From IMG/VR virus record IMGVR_UViG_3300031419_000581: a stretch of 64,000 nt of DNA. One strand, written 5' to 3'. This document shows positions 19,596 to 29,585 of this stretch, in pieces. Origin of the DNA: a virus (lineage: Duplodnaviria > Heunggongvirae > Uroviricota > Caudoviricetes). The notes under the pieces were generated by a model. The model saw nothing but the letters and a program-made list of their open reading frames with translations, had not been told where the DNA came from and did not search any database. Each line of letters opens with the position of its first letter. Position 1 is the first letter of the stretch. The translations under genes and the position numbers were made by a program.

Positions 19596-19607
19596 CCTCC
19601 TTTTTTA
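19584..19607. terminator. Bidirectional rho-independent terminator
   Basis: ggaggc-ata-gcctcc hairpin followed by TTTTTT. Confidence 0.7.
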
Positions 19608-21890
19608 TTATTTGAAATAGTTTCTCTGCTTTTTAGAAATAGATTTTCCTTCAAGTTCTTTTTTTCTTACTGCGGCATGAAGCATTTCTTCAATTTTAGC
19701 ATTAAGTTTTGCATGCTGAATTAAGGCATCTTCATTCCCAGTATAAACGTCAGGAAAACGCTGAGTCAGCCAGCGATAAACAGTAAGTAGTTTTACTTTT
19801 TTCTCTGCATCCAGCAATGCTTCGTCTTTACTGTGATAACTTTCTTTTTCAGTCATAGCTTCTTTAACAATTTCCCAGTCAATAATCTGTCCCTGAGAAT
19901 GACGAATCGCCCAGTTTAACAAAATTTCTTCATCATCAATATCGTTAGAATCGACCGGAGCTGTTGCATAGGAATATTGCTCAGTAATAGAAAGATTATT
20001 AAGATTAACAAGTTTATAAGAACGTTCTATTGCATCAGTCATAGGGCATGCTTTGAAAACAGGATGATTTTTCAACAAGTGATTAGCGAAGAATGATAAC
20101 CATTGTGGAAGAGTGCCACCTAATTTTTCATGCCATAATGCAATCTGATCGGGTAGAGGCTGAACCCACCATTTTAAATCACGAGGAGGCTCGTCTTTTG
20201 AATCAAGAAGCTGCCAGAGCATAGCTTCATCATTATCCGACCATGTCGTCACGCCACCTTCAACAACCCAGCCTTTTCTGCCTGCACGGTTAGCAATTTG
20301 CCACACTTCGGAAGGTTTAAGTAGTCTTTCAACGTCACCATCAAATTTTACAAGTGTTGACAGTACAATACGTTTTATAGGAAGATTTAATCCCAACCCA
20401 ATAGCATCAGTTGCAATCAGATAGTCAGTCTCTCCGTCGCGGAATTTCCTTGCTTCTTCACGTCTGACCTCAGGGGAAAGGTGTCCATAAATAACCGAAA
20501 CTTTGAGTCCTCTTTGTTCAGCTTCTTCTTTCCATGCCAACACATCTTTACGTGAGAATGCAATGATTGCATCACCTTGTTGGACACGTTTCCATGACAT
20601 AAGTGCTTTATCTCGTCTTAACTCTTTTTCTGCTGTGAGTTTAACGACATTCAGTTCATCACCTAAATATTTAACCATACGTTCCACATAGGGTAATGCT
20701 GCCTCAGAACCCGTAAGTACTAATTGATTTGTTGGTGCTGAAAGAACGGCTTGTGTCCATGCCCAGCCACGACCAGGATCCGCAAGAAGCTGAACCTCAT
20801 CAAGAACAGAAGCGCCAACACGTTTGTTCCAGCGAGCCATTTCAACAGTAGAGGAAACAAAAGTGCTACCTAATGAACGGCGTCTTTCTTCACCTGTGAT
20901 AAGATCATTAAGTACGCCTTTTTCGAGTAGGGTCTCATGACCTTCAAGTGCTAAAAGTCGTAAAGGTGCAAGGTAATAGCCACTATCAGCAGCAGTAAGT
21001 ATCTGGAATGAACGATATGTTTTTCCTGTATTCGGTGGTCCCATAAAGAAAGTCCATACACGTTTTTCACTTCTTGCTATTTTAAAATGTTGTTCGAATT
21101 TATCAAAATTAACCAGTTTTTCTGCGGCGATCATTGCTGCTTCTTTTTCCTGACGCTTAATACGTGAGCTTTCTTTTTCAATAAAAGCAGTAAAAGCTGC
21201 CGTTATTTTTTTATGTTCATCACCAGAGAAATAGACCTTAGAAATTGTTTGTGTTAACCAGCTAAGCCATGGTGATTTTTGTGCATTATTTAAAAGGCTG
21301 ACTTTTTCAGACCAAACAGAAAAAATATTCGAATGTAAAAATGAGACAAGTTCTGAAAATTTGTTTTCAACCTGCAATTCTTTTTGAATCTCAGTTGAAT
21401 CGAGTTCTTTTGTATTGTGGTAAGCAAATACCCAGTTTTCAAAGGTTTTTTTAGGAACCGGAATATAAAAGAGTGAATTGAGAACAACAGTACTATCAGA
21501 AAGGTTTTCCAGCCATTCTTTTTTGGTGATAACAGCAACCATATCTTTTTTATTATCTTTGAAGGATACGCCCTCTATAATACGATGAAGTTTAGCTGCT
21601 TCAATCCACTCATTGGTAGCCTGTTCTTTATTAAGTTGATTGATATGTTTTTTGAAGGCATTCAGAACTTTATTCCAGTCTTCTGGTTTTATCCAAAGGG
21701 AATTAACGGATATTTTATCGGTTTGGGAATGATATAACTGAGGGGTCAGGCATGTCCAGCCTTCATTAATTTTACTTTCGTAAAAGGCATTATCTTTTTT
21801 ATTAACTTTTGTGATTCCGTCCAACAGGGGTAATTCAATCCATTCTTTTTCAGTAAGGTCGTCAAAGTTTGTAACACTGGAGAATTTCAT
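19608..21890 (-). CDS. SUV3-family ATP-dependent RNA helicase, 760 aa, with an N-terminal extension of about 270 aa
   Basis: Walker A MGPPNTGKTY, DEVQ box and helicase C motifs that resemble mitochondrial SUV3/SUPV3L1. Confidence 0.75.
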   Translation of the reverse strand: MKFSSVTNFDDLTEKEWIELPLLDGITKVNKKDNAFYESKINEGWTCLTPQLYHSQTDKISVNSLWIKPEDWNKVLNAFKKHINQLNKEQATNEWIEAAKLHRIIEGVSFKDNKKDMVAVITKKEWLENLSDSTVVLNSLFYIPVPKKTFENWVFAYHNTKELDSTEIQKELQVENKFSELVSFLHSNIFSVWSEKVSLLNNAQKSPWLSWLTQTISKVYFSGDEHKKITAAFTAFIEKESSRIKRQEKEAAMIAAEKLVNFDKFEQHFKIARSEKRVWTFFMGPPNTGKTYRSFQILTAADSGYYLAPLRLLALEGHETLLEKGVLNDLITGEERRRSLGSTFVSSTVEMARWNKRVGASVLDEVQLLADPGRGWAWTQAVLSAPTNQLVLTGSEAALPYVERMVKYLGDELNVVKLTAEKELRRDKALMSWKRVQQGDAIIAFSRKDVLAWKEEAEQRGLKVSVIYGHLSPEVRREEARKFRDGETDYLIATDAIGLGLNLPIKRIVLSTLVKFDGDVERLLKPSEVWQIANRAGRKGWVVEGGVTTWSDNDEAMLWQLLDSKDEPPRDLKWWVQPLPDQIALWHEKLGGTLPQWLSFFANHLLKNHPVFKACPMTDAIERSYKLVNLNNLSITEQYSYATAPVDSNDIDDEEILLNWAIRHSQGQIIDWEIVKEAMTEKESYHSKDEALLDAEKKVKLLTVYRWLTQRFPDVYTGNEDALIQHAKLNAKIEEMLHAAVRKKELEGKSISKKQRNYFK

Positions 21891-22033
21891 ATAGTCGGTT
21901 CCTCATGTATGTTGTTTTTTTTTACTGCAAGATAGGGTCTGAGGCTACTCCTTTTTAAATCCAACATAATCTATTAATAACAGAAAAATAAATAAAGATC
22001 CAATAATAAAATGCAATATTTTAAGAGAATATT

Positions 22034-22063
22034 AAAAAAAGAGACGTTGACGTCTCTTTTTTA
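22034..22063. terminator. Bidirectional rho-independent terminator
   Basis: agagacg-ttga-cgtctct hairpin flanked by A and T runs. Confidence 0.7.
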
Positions 22064-22077
22064 TTTAGGATTATATA

Positions 22078-24081
22078 TTATTTTTTATTAAACCAAACGG
22101 GATAAACATTTTTATGTTTTTTCCAGAGTTCGGCCACATCCTGTTTATCAAGCGTTTCGTTATTCATTAATTCATTTGCCATATCTTCAACAAAGACAGA
22201 ATGGTTAGTAACCAGAAGTTTAACATCATCATACATTCGCTGAACAAGTGTTGCAGCTTCATCTTCTATTTTAGATCGTGTAATGTCACTTAGTGTACTC
22301 ATGTCAGAAACCGCAGATGTTCTGAGTACGTTTCCTAATCCCCATGAGGCAGACATTCGCATAGCCAAGTCAAATGCTTTTTCCATATCACTGGATGCCC
22401 CAGTAGTAATGGCTCCCATGAATACTTCTTCTGCCGCTCTTCCTGCCATGATAATCTTAATTGTATTTTTAATCTCCTGTTCACTGATAGATACAATCTC
22501 TCTTTCACGAACCTGAAGCATAAGTCCCAGTGCCATCTTACGGGGTGTTATAGTAACTTTTTCAATAGGGTCATGGGAAAGGATTAATGCGGCAACAGCG
22601 TGTCCTGTTTCGTGATAAGCGGTATTTCTTTTTTCGATTTCCAGCATTTCAAGATCGTGTCTTGGATCGCCTAAAAGCATTTTATCACGTGCTTCCATGA
22701 GGTGTTGCTGGGTTAAATGGTTCGCGTTTTCTTTACCTGCCCGAATCAATGCTTCATTAACAAGGTTGGCAAGTTCTGCTCCTGAGAAACCGTTGGTTAG
22801 TCTGGAAAGTGTTTTAACGTCAACATTATCCTGATCAATAACGTGCCCTTCTTTTTCCTGATTTTTAATGGCTTTATTTAGATAGACATTAAGAATATCT
22901 TCTCGTCCTTTTTGATTAGGTTTACCAACAAACACCTGACGGTCAAAACGTCCTGGTCTTAATAATGCATCATCTAATGTTTCAATACGGTTGGTCGCCG
23001 CAATAATCAGCAAATCATGTTTTGAAGCATTAAATCCGTCCATCTCAATTAATAACTGATTTAATGTTTGATCTCGTTCTCCATGTGAGTTATTTGCACC
23101 ACGCTTACCGCCTACTGCGTCAATTTCATCAATAAAAATAACAGATTTTTTAGAACGTCTTGCTTTCTTAAACAGACTTCTTACTCTTGAAGCACCTAAT
23201 CCAACATACATTTCGACAAACTCTGAACCTGAGATTTGATAAAAATCAGCATCAGCTTCTTTTGCAACAGCCTTAGCAAGCATGGTTTTACCATTACCAG
23301 GATCACCCGCAAGAATAATTCCTTTTGGAATCTGTGCTCCAAATTTATCAAAGGATTTTTTATTATTAAGAAACTGGACAACTTCCCTTACATCGCGTTT
23401 GGCATCATCAACACCTGCGATATCTGCAAATGAAATTTTTATATCTTTTGCTTTGACTTTTTTACCACTTTTACTCATAGAACGCATAGCAAAACGTTGT
23501 ACAAAAATAAGAATAAAGGCAAAGAGTGCAACCATAATTATTATATTTAAAAGGGTAATAAGCCAGTTAAGAAACGTTGACCACATACTGGATTTTTCAT
23601 CCTCTGTTGAAACAGAGATATTCATATAATCAGAAAAATCTTTTACAACTTTTATATGTGCTTTACTGCTGTTCAGTAAATCAAGGAAAGTATCACTCAA
23701 GCGACTTATTAAAAATACCTCAGCTTTGGTGCCATCTTTCATGTATACATGAACAGTCATAGCCTGCTCACGATCATTGGATAACATGATAGTATCTACT
23801 TTATCTTCTTTAAGATTACTGAGTAATGTAGAATAGTCCATTTGTTGGGCATTTGATGGCCACAAGTATTTTGCTTTATCCGCAGGTTCAGTTGTTGGAG
23901 ATTTTTTTTTATCATTCGCAATCTTTGTATTTTTCTCTGAAAACTGGGTTTGTTTATTAATCGAAATATTACTTTCAGGGGTTATTGTCTGACTTTGTGT
24001 GTCAGCGCTTGCTGAAAAGGGTAAAAGCATAACGGTAAGCGAACACGCTACGATTAAGTTTTTGATAAATTTAAAAGACAT
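22078..24081 (-). CDS. FtsH-family AAA+ zinc metalloprotease, divergent paralogue
   Basis: Two transmembrane segments flank a periplasmic domain of about 150 aa. The AAA module has an unusual Walker A GDPGNGKT and the second region of homology; zinc-binding HETGHA is present. Confidence 0.75.
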   Translation of the reverse strand: MSFKFIKNLIVACSLTVMLLPFSASADTQSQTITPESNISINKQTQFSEKNTKIANDKKKSPTTEPADKAKYLWPSNAQQMDYSTLLSNLKEDKVDTIMLSNDREQAMTVHVYMKDGTKAEVFLISRLSDTFLDLLNSSKAHIKVVKDFSDYMNISVSTEDEKSSMWSTFLNWLITLLNIIIMVALFAFILIFVQRFAMRSMSKSGKKVKAKDIKISFADIAGVDDAKRDVREVVQFLNNKKSFDKFGAQIPKGIILAGDPGNGKTMLAKAVAKEADADFYQISGSEFVEMYVGLGASRVRSLFKKARRSKKSVIFIDEIDAVGGKRGANNSHGERDQTLNQLLIEMDGFNASKHDLLIIAATNRIETLDDALLRPGRFDRQVFVGKPNQKGREDILNVYLNKAIKNQEKEGHVIDQDNVDVKTLSRLTNGFSGAELANLVNEALIRAGKENANHLTQQHLMEARDKMLLGDPRHDLEMLEIEKRNTAYHETGHAVAALILSHDPIEKVTITPRKMALGLMLQVREREIVSISEQEIKNTIKIIMAGRAAEEVFMGAITTGASSDMEKAFDLAMRMSASWGLGNVLRTSAVSDMSTLSDITRSKIEDEAATLVQRMYDDVKLLVTNHSVFVEDMANELMNNETLDKQDVAELWKKHKNVYPVWFNKK

Positions 24082-24256
24082 ATTATTCTCCTGGATATAT
24101 TCACCAAATTACATAGTAATAAAAAAATTTATAATAGCAATCAGCCTATCCTTTATTTACGTGAAATTTGCCAGTATTTCCATTTTTTTATGATTAAGTA
24201 AGGTGAAGTTTCTAAAATATTTGTTATAATAGAATAAATAAAAGAGGCAAAATAAT

Positions 24257-25969
24257 ATGGCGTTTAGTACACAAGAAAAAAAGATATATAATCTTATCAG
24301 TAAGCCTGAGATAAAAGAAAAAGAAATGAACATGATTATTTCTTTTATTAAAGAAAATCCTGAATTTTTGTTTGTTCAGACAAAAATGAATAGCACAACA
24401 AAAACTTCTTTATTGTTTCATGCAGTAGAACACAATTTATCGCTTGCAGAAAAAATAATAGATGAATGCAATCCTGACATAATTAAAATAACAAACGCCC
24501 AATCTGATAGATGTAATATAGTACATTACCTCGCAAAAAATAAAGAAGGCATAAGTGGTCAATTCATTTTAAATTTATTTAAAGAAGGTCGGCAATTGCA
24601 TTCTGAGAGATCTCAGTTAATGAATGATATTAATATGTTTCTTGACTCCCCTGTTATGCATGCACTTGAAAATGGAAATAATAAAAGAGCAAAAGAAATT
24701 ACGGATCACATTAAAAATAACCTATTAGGTGTTGGGAAAATGTTCAGTGATGAATCCCATATTGTTTATTTAACTGGTAAAAACCAAATGGATATATATT
24801 CAAGTTTTGCAGATAATTTAGCCATGGTTGAGTTTGCAGATAAAAATATTTATCCACTAAAAGACTACCTTAAATCAATAATGTTACCTTATTTTATAAA
24901 AAAAATGTTCAGTAATGATATTGATACGTTCAAAAAAATTACATATTTACACGAAAATGTTTCACAAATTAATGTTAATAAAAATTCACAGAACAAAGAA
25001 AAATTAGAGGAAATTTTTTCGCACTTTGTTAAAAAGACACAATGTGACGCACAAAGTATGGAACATTTTTTAACCTGGTTAATAAAAAATTATGGTGACT
25101 TTGATTTTAAATTGAATAAACCAGAGGCAATAGCACTTTTTCACTCAGATGTTCCATTGGATGAAAGAGTCAAGAAACTAAATGTTTTATTTGAGACATT
25201 TGGAAAAGAATGTTATCCCAGTGCGCTTTACACTGATTACCAGGGGAAATCTTCTAATGTAGATTTCACTATGATTAAATTTATGTTAGAAAAAGATATA
25301 GTGCTAAGTGTGGGAAATTATAAAAAAAATTCAGTATCAGAAGTTTATTTAAATAAATTTATTGACAGCTTTCCTTTTGATATAGAGACCGTTTGTCTTT
25401 TTATTGAGAAACATAAAGCAATTTATCAGCAACCAAATAACACAGCTTTAAATTTACTTTGCAAAGCTTATAATTACCATTATGAGGATCAACAGGAAAA
25501 TGGTATAAAAACCTCAAAAATGAATAATAAAGACGTTATATTTGCATTGTTAGAAAATAATGCAAATGCCCTTTGTAATTATTCACTGAGTCCTTATTTT
25601 GACGTTCCAAAGGCAATGCAGGAAAAGTTTCCAGATACAGAAGAATTTAAAAGAGGATTGTTTGAAAACATCATAGTCAATATTGAAGGAAAAATAAAAA
25701 ATGATATAGCAAAACAATTTAAGAACGTGTGTAAATTTACTTCTTCGGGGAAAATAAATCCTGTTATGATTTTTTTACTTGAAAATGAAAAATTCATAAG
25801 AAATGACCTTCAATGTCAGCAGTACTTGACTAAATTTTTAGAAAAGGAGCATGATATCCCAGAGGAAATTCATGACGTTATGAATTATATGCACAAAATG
25901 TATCTGAATAATAGTTTGAATAAACATGATTTAATGATACCTGATAAAATAGTAAGGAGCAGAATATAA
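24257..25969 (+). CDS. Hypothetical protein with ankyrin-like repeats, 570 aa, x-R-[LIM] tail family (ends SRI)
   Basis: -10 TATAAT at 24225-24230; SD aaagaggc; ends IVRSRI; the stop overlaps the next start as TAATG. Confidence 0.65.
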   Translation: MAFSTQEKKIYNLISKPEIKEKEMNMIISFIKENPEFLFVQTKMNSTTKTSLLFHAVEHNLSLAEKIIDECNPDIIKITNAQSDRCNIVHYLAKNKEGISGQFILNLFKEGRQLHSERSQLMNDINMFLDSPVMHALENGNNKRAKEITDHIKNNLLGVGKMFSDESHIVYLTGKNQMDIYSSFADNLAMVEFADKNIYPLKDYLKSIMLPYFIKKMFSNDIDTFKKITYLHENVSQINVNKNSQNKEKLEEIFSHFVKKTQCDAQSMEHFLTWLIKNYGDFDFKLNKPEAIALFHSDVPLDERVKKLNVLFETFGKECYPSALYTDYQGKSSNVDFTMIKFMLEKDIVLSVGNYKKNSVSEVYLNKFIDSFPFDIETVCLFIEKHKAIYQQPNNTALNLLCKAYNYHYEDQQENGIKTSKMNNKDVIFALLENNANALCNYSLSPYFDVPKAMQEKFPDTEEFKRGLFENIIVNIEGKIKNDIAKQFKNVCKFTSSGKINPVMIFLLENEKFIRNDLQCQQYLTKFLEKEHDIPEEIHDVMNYMHKMYLNNSLNKHDLMIPDKIVRSRI

Positions 25970-27075
25970 TGTATAGTAATCAATCATTAGAAGAATATTA
26001 TAATGGAAAATTAGAAGGGACTTTGGATATTTTTGCAAAATTGCGTGAAAAAAATGTTTCAAAAGAAGCGATAATAGAATTGTTTTATAAAGATTTGGAT
26101 TCTGAGAAGCTGAAAAAAGAATTTGAAGACCTATTAAATTATTTTGCTGCATGTGAGTTAATGCCGAAAACAATAGACAAGTATAAGGGCCAGGACATTC
26201 TTTTTTATTCTGATAAAGTCAATACAGCTAATTTTATTCACGAACTAGAGTTATTATTACAAGAGGCAATCGCTGAAAAACCAGAATTTTATAATGATTA
26301 CTTTGAACATTTAATAAAACTAAACGATCATGGTTTTTATCCAGAAAAACGCATTATAGATTCGTTCGCCACCATACTCACAGAAAGAAATGTTTCATAT
26401 AAAGACTTACTTACTGAAAAATTAATTGAAGGTATTGATAATTTTGAAAGAATAAACACTATTTTATATTTTCAGGATTCAACATCAGTTATAGATAATT
26501 ACCTGGTAAAAACTGAAATAAATGACGATATATTATTATTTTATATGCTGAATAGTCCTGAATTCAAATATCGTCCAGGCATATCAAATTTTTTAAAGCA
26601 TGCTGATACTGATTATTTGTTAAATCTTCGTTCATCAACTAACCAAAATTTATTGATGACATTATTGAAAATAGTGGATAAAGATCTGAAAAACAGAATT
26701 TCTTTTAAAACAACCAAGGGAATTGAAAGTAAGGAACGAAGTGATATCTATGAAGTGATAAAAAACTTAATAGAAAAATGTAAAGATTTCGAAAATTATA
26801 AAGATGATAAAGGTAATAATATAACCTATTATATGGGTAATAACATATTATTGTTAGAAGAATTTTACGTTTCGTTGAAAGAAATAAACAACTATCAGGC
26901 ATTATTCCTTAAAGAAAATAATAAAGGACTCAGTGCTTATGATTGTCTGATAAAAAACAGTGAAAGTAAAAAATCTGAAAACGCCGAATCATTAATTATT
27001 GATATTGAGAAGCAGATTCTAAAAAATCAAATTCCTCCCGATAATATCAGTAAAATGAAAGTTAACAGACTTTAA
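25969..27075 (+). CDS. Hypothetical protein, 368 aa, x-R-[LIM] tail family (ends NRL)
   Basis: Translationally coupled to the upstream gene; ends KMKVNRL. Confidence 0.65.
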   Translation: MYSNQSLEEYYNGKLEGTLDIFAKLREKNVSKEAIIELFYKDLDSEKLKKEFEDLLNYFAACELMPKTIDKYKGQDILFYSDKVNTANFIHELELLLQEAIAEKPEFYNDYFEHLIKLNDHGFYPEKRIIDSFATILTERNVSYKDLLTEKLIEGIDNFERINTILYFQDSTSVIDNYLVKTEINDDILLFYMLNSPEFKYRPGISNFLKHADTDYLLNLRSSTNQNLLMTLLKIVDKDLKNRISFKTTKGIESKERSDIYEVIKNLIEKCKDFENYKDDKGNNITYYMGNNILLLEEFYVSLKEINNYQALFLKENNKGLSAYDCLIKNSESKKSENAESLIIDIEKQILKNQIPPDNISKMKVNRL

Positions 27076-27083
27076 TGCCTTAG

Positions 27084-27548
27084 TTAAGCGGCCTGTTTTT
27101 TATTAGCAGGCTTTTTTACTTCAGCATCATTCATGAAACTGAATTTTGTTTTTTTCCAGATTATGTCAAACACGTTGCCTGAAATTTCAAACCAGCCAGT
27201 CTCTTTGTTGTAAACGATATGAACAACATGTTCCTGATTATCAAATTCGACATCAATTGAAATAGGGTCGAGGATCTCGGCACAATTGTGTCCATGAAAC
27301 CAGAAAGAAACGGCTTCAGAGAAGACAGAAGAGGAATGAACGTATAAAACAGGAGAATCTTTTTCTTTTTTGAACATATTCATTGATTTAACAGCAGCAG
27401 AACAGGAAAAAATGCGATCTTTTTCATTAAACTGTACATGCTGATTAATATGTTCAACAACATTGTTAGAAAAATAACTATCAATCAGAAATTTAAAAGT
27501 TTCGCTTACGATATTTTTAACTTGTTCTTTCATGATTCGTCTCCTCAT
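27084..27548 (-). CDS. Hypothetical protein, 154 aa
   Basis: Third gene of a three-gene minus-strand cluster. Confidence 0.5.
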   Translation of the reverse strand: MRRRIMKEQVKNIVSETFKFLIDSYFSNNVVEHINQHVQFNEKDRIFSCSAAVKSMNMFKKEKDSPVLYVHSSSVFSEAVSFWFHGHNCAEILDPISIDVEFDNQEHVVHIVYNKETGWFEISGNVFDIIWKKTKFSFMNDAEVKKPANKKQAA

Positions 27549-27611
27549 TTTTTTCTTTATAAATTCATGTTAGTGTATAAAATACAATAAGTCAATTATA
27601 TTTGAAAATAT

Positions 27612-28004
27612 TTAGAATTTAAAATTATCAGGAAATTCAGAGTTTAATTTTTGTGAATCAGGCAGCGTTTCTTGTAAGGATTTTTTTTCAAATTCAGCTG
27701 CTCGCTCATGTTGGATAGCATAAAATTCAGAAGAAATATCATTAAGTTTGGTTCCTTTTTGAGAAAAACATTCCACATTTTTAACTTTTATCGTATCTTC
27801 ATAAAAATCGACATAGAAAAAAAAGGCACCTTTTAAATCACGTTCTTTATGGCGAATTAATTGTTTTGGAATTTCCAGAGCAAATTCAGAACCTGAAATA
27901 TTCCATGGAAGATTATCTGACACAGTAAAGTGATACTGTTTATTTTCGTTCAGATAATCATTTAATATTTTATTAGCTTCCTGATTACGTATTTCTTGTA
28001 ACAT
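27612..28004 (-). CDS. Hypothetical protein, 130 aa
   Basis: ORF 4 nt downstream of the 28009-28452 gene. Confidence 0.5.
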   Translation of the reverse strand: MLQEIRNQEANKILNDYLNENKQYHFTVSDNLPWNISGSEFALEIPKQLIRHKERDLKGAFFFYVDFYEDTIKVKNVECFSQKGTKLNDISSEFYAIQHERAAEFEKKSLQETLPDSQKLNSEFPDNFKF

Positions 28005-28008
28005 GATT

Positions 28009-28452
28009 TTAGATCCTTTTTGTTAACGAATGTGTGTTATTTATATTAATGGTATCATTAAGGATTTCACGTTGATGATTAACGGTAATATCCATATAGT
28101 TTTTCAAAACCGTATTATAAAAACCGTTTTGATTTTCATGATTAAACGAAAAAGCAAAAATTTCTGCGCCTGACTTTACACTATAAACATCCACAGTAAG
28201 ATTAGTGAGAAAAAATCCATTATCAGAAACAGGCCATTCGATATGCATGGAAAGCTTATCTTCTTTAAAGTCATTTTTTTCTTCATCATAATAATGGCAT
28301 GGACATGAAAGCAGTAAAAGAGAAGGCGTATCATCTACAATACTAAAATTGTCAATATAATATGATATACGTGAAAGTTTGGTAACAATATATTCTTTTA
28401 CGCTTTCAATGACTTTTTCTTTTGTTTCACAATCGCAGAAATAATTATCCAT
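28009..28452 (-). CDS. Hypothetical protein, 147 aa, x-R-[LIM] tail family (ends KRI)
   Basis: C-terminus HSLTKRI. Confidence 0.55.
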   Translation of the reverse strand: MDNYFCDCETKEKVIESVKEYIVTKLSRISYYIDNFSIVDDTPSLLLLSCPCHYYDEEKNDFKEDKLSMHIEWPVSDNGFFLTNLTVDVYSVKSGAEIFAFSFNHENQNGFYNTVLKNYMDITVNHQREILNDTININNTHSLTKRI

Positions 28453-28578
28453 ATAATACTCATTTATTTAAATATAATTTATTTTATCATGTCATGTGTT
28501 TTTAAACAATCCATATATTCTCATTATACTGAATATCGATTATAATAATGTAAACAAATTTTAAAAGGCAATTTTATA

Positions 28579-29541
28579 ATGAATATATTTGAAAAAATTG
28601 AAAGCGAGTCAAATAATATTGAATGGATAAAATCATTAAGGCAAATGGGATTTACTTTTAACTTAGACCTGTCAAATAATCATAATCTGGCAGAACTAAT
28701 TTTATTAAAAACAGAAAACAGAGAAGTTATGAATTATGTTTTTGAAGATTATTTAAAAGAAATGTCATTTCTGTCTAAAAAAGAAATAATGGATAATACA
28801 GTCAACATTAAATTTATTTACGAATGTATTTTAACTGAAAATAACATTCCTTTATTTGAATGTTTTATTGAAAATATAAAAAAATATGAAGAAGTAAATA
28901 ATAATTTTTTTAGCCTTAAAAAGAGCTATTTTTCCAGTATGTTATTAAAAGATGTTGATCTCAAATCTGATAGCGAAAAAAGCATATTTTTACTTGATAT
29001 GATAATGAAAGAAGGTGAGATTAATAAGGTAAAAGAGTCGTGGAATAGTAATTTTATTAAATTATGCGAAGAGTTATTTGGAAGACATAAAGTATTTATG
29101 GAGATTATCACAGATACGTATATTGCAAATCTTTATAATAATACAAAAACAGTACGAGAGCCTCTGAATTTAAATAAAATGTTGAATAAATTATTTTTTA
29201 ATATGGATGAAAATTTTAGCCAACAGTTTATCTCCAAAACATTAGGTGTTTTGATTGATGAGCTTAAAGATAATAGCTCGGGTGTTGGTATAGTTTATGA
29301 AAGCTATCTTGAGGAAAATAGTGAAGTGTTATTGATTGATATGTTAAAAATGATTATAGAAAAAAATATTTTTAATGAAGACTATAAACAACATATAGAT
29401 ACATTAGTCAGAAAAAATCGTTCAGAAGAGGTGCATGAGATAATTGAGCAATTCGTTATTTATTCAGAATCAAAATTATTGAGAAATCAATTAAGTGAAT
29501 CTGTTGATAGCAGCAGTCGACAAAGTTTAAATCGTATATAA
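28579..29541 (+). CDS. Hypothetical protein, 320 aa, x-R-[LIM] tail family (ends NRI)
   Basis: SD aaaaggcaa; C-terminus RQSLNRI. Confidence 0.65.
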   Translation: MNIFEKIESESNNIEWIKSLRQMGFTFNLDLSNNHNLAELILLKTENREVMNYVFEDYLKEMSFLSKKEIMDNTVNIKFIYECILTENNIPLFECFIENIKKYEEVNNNFFSLKKSYFSSMLLKDVDLKSDSEKSIFLLDMIMKEGEINKVKESWNSNFIKLCEELFGRHKVFMEIITDTYIANLYNNTKTVREPLNLNKMLNKLFFNMDENFSQQFISKTLGVLIDELKDNSSGVGIVYESYLEENSEVLLIDMLKMIIEKNIFNEDYKQHIDTLVRKNRSEEVHEIIEQFVIYSESKLLRNQLSESVDSSSRQSLNRI

Positions 29542-29544
29542 AAA

Positions 29545-29572
29545 AATAAAGAGGCTCCTGCCTCTTTATTTA
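29545..29572. terminator. Bidirectional rho-independent terminator
   Basis: aaagaggc-tcct-gcctcttt hairpin. Confidence 0.7.
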
Positions 29573-29585
29573 AAATTGTATTAAT

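Noticed and set aside
27086-27120. Hairpin ggcctg...caggc after the 25969-27075 gene
   Set aside because: It lies within the C-terminal coding region of the convergent gene 27084-27548 and the stem is only 5-6 bp. It may still terminate the plus-strand gene, but it was not called as a feature.
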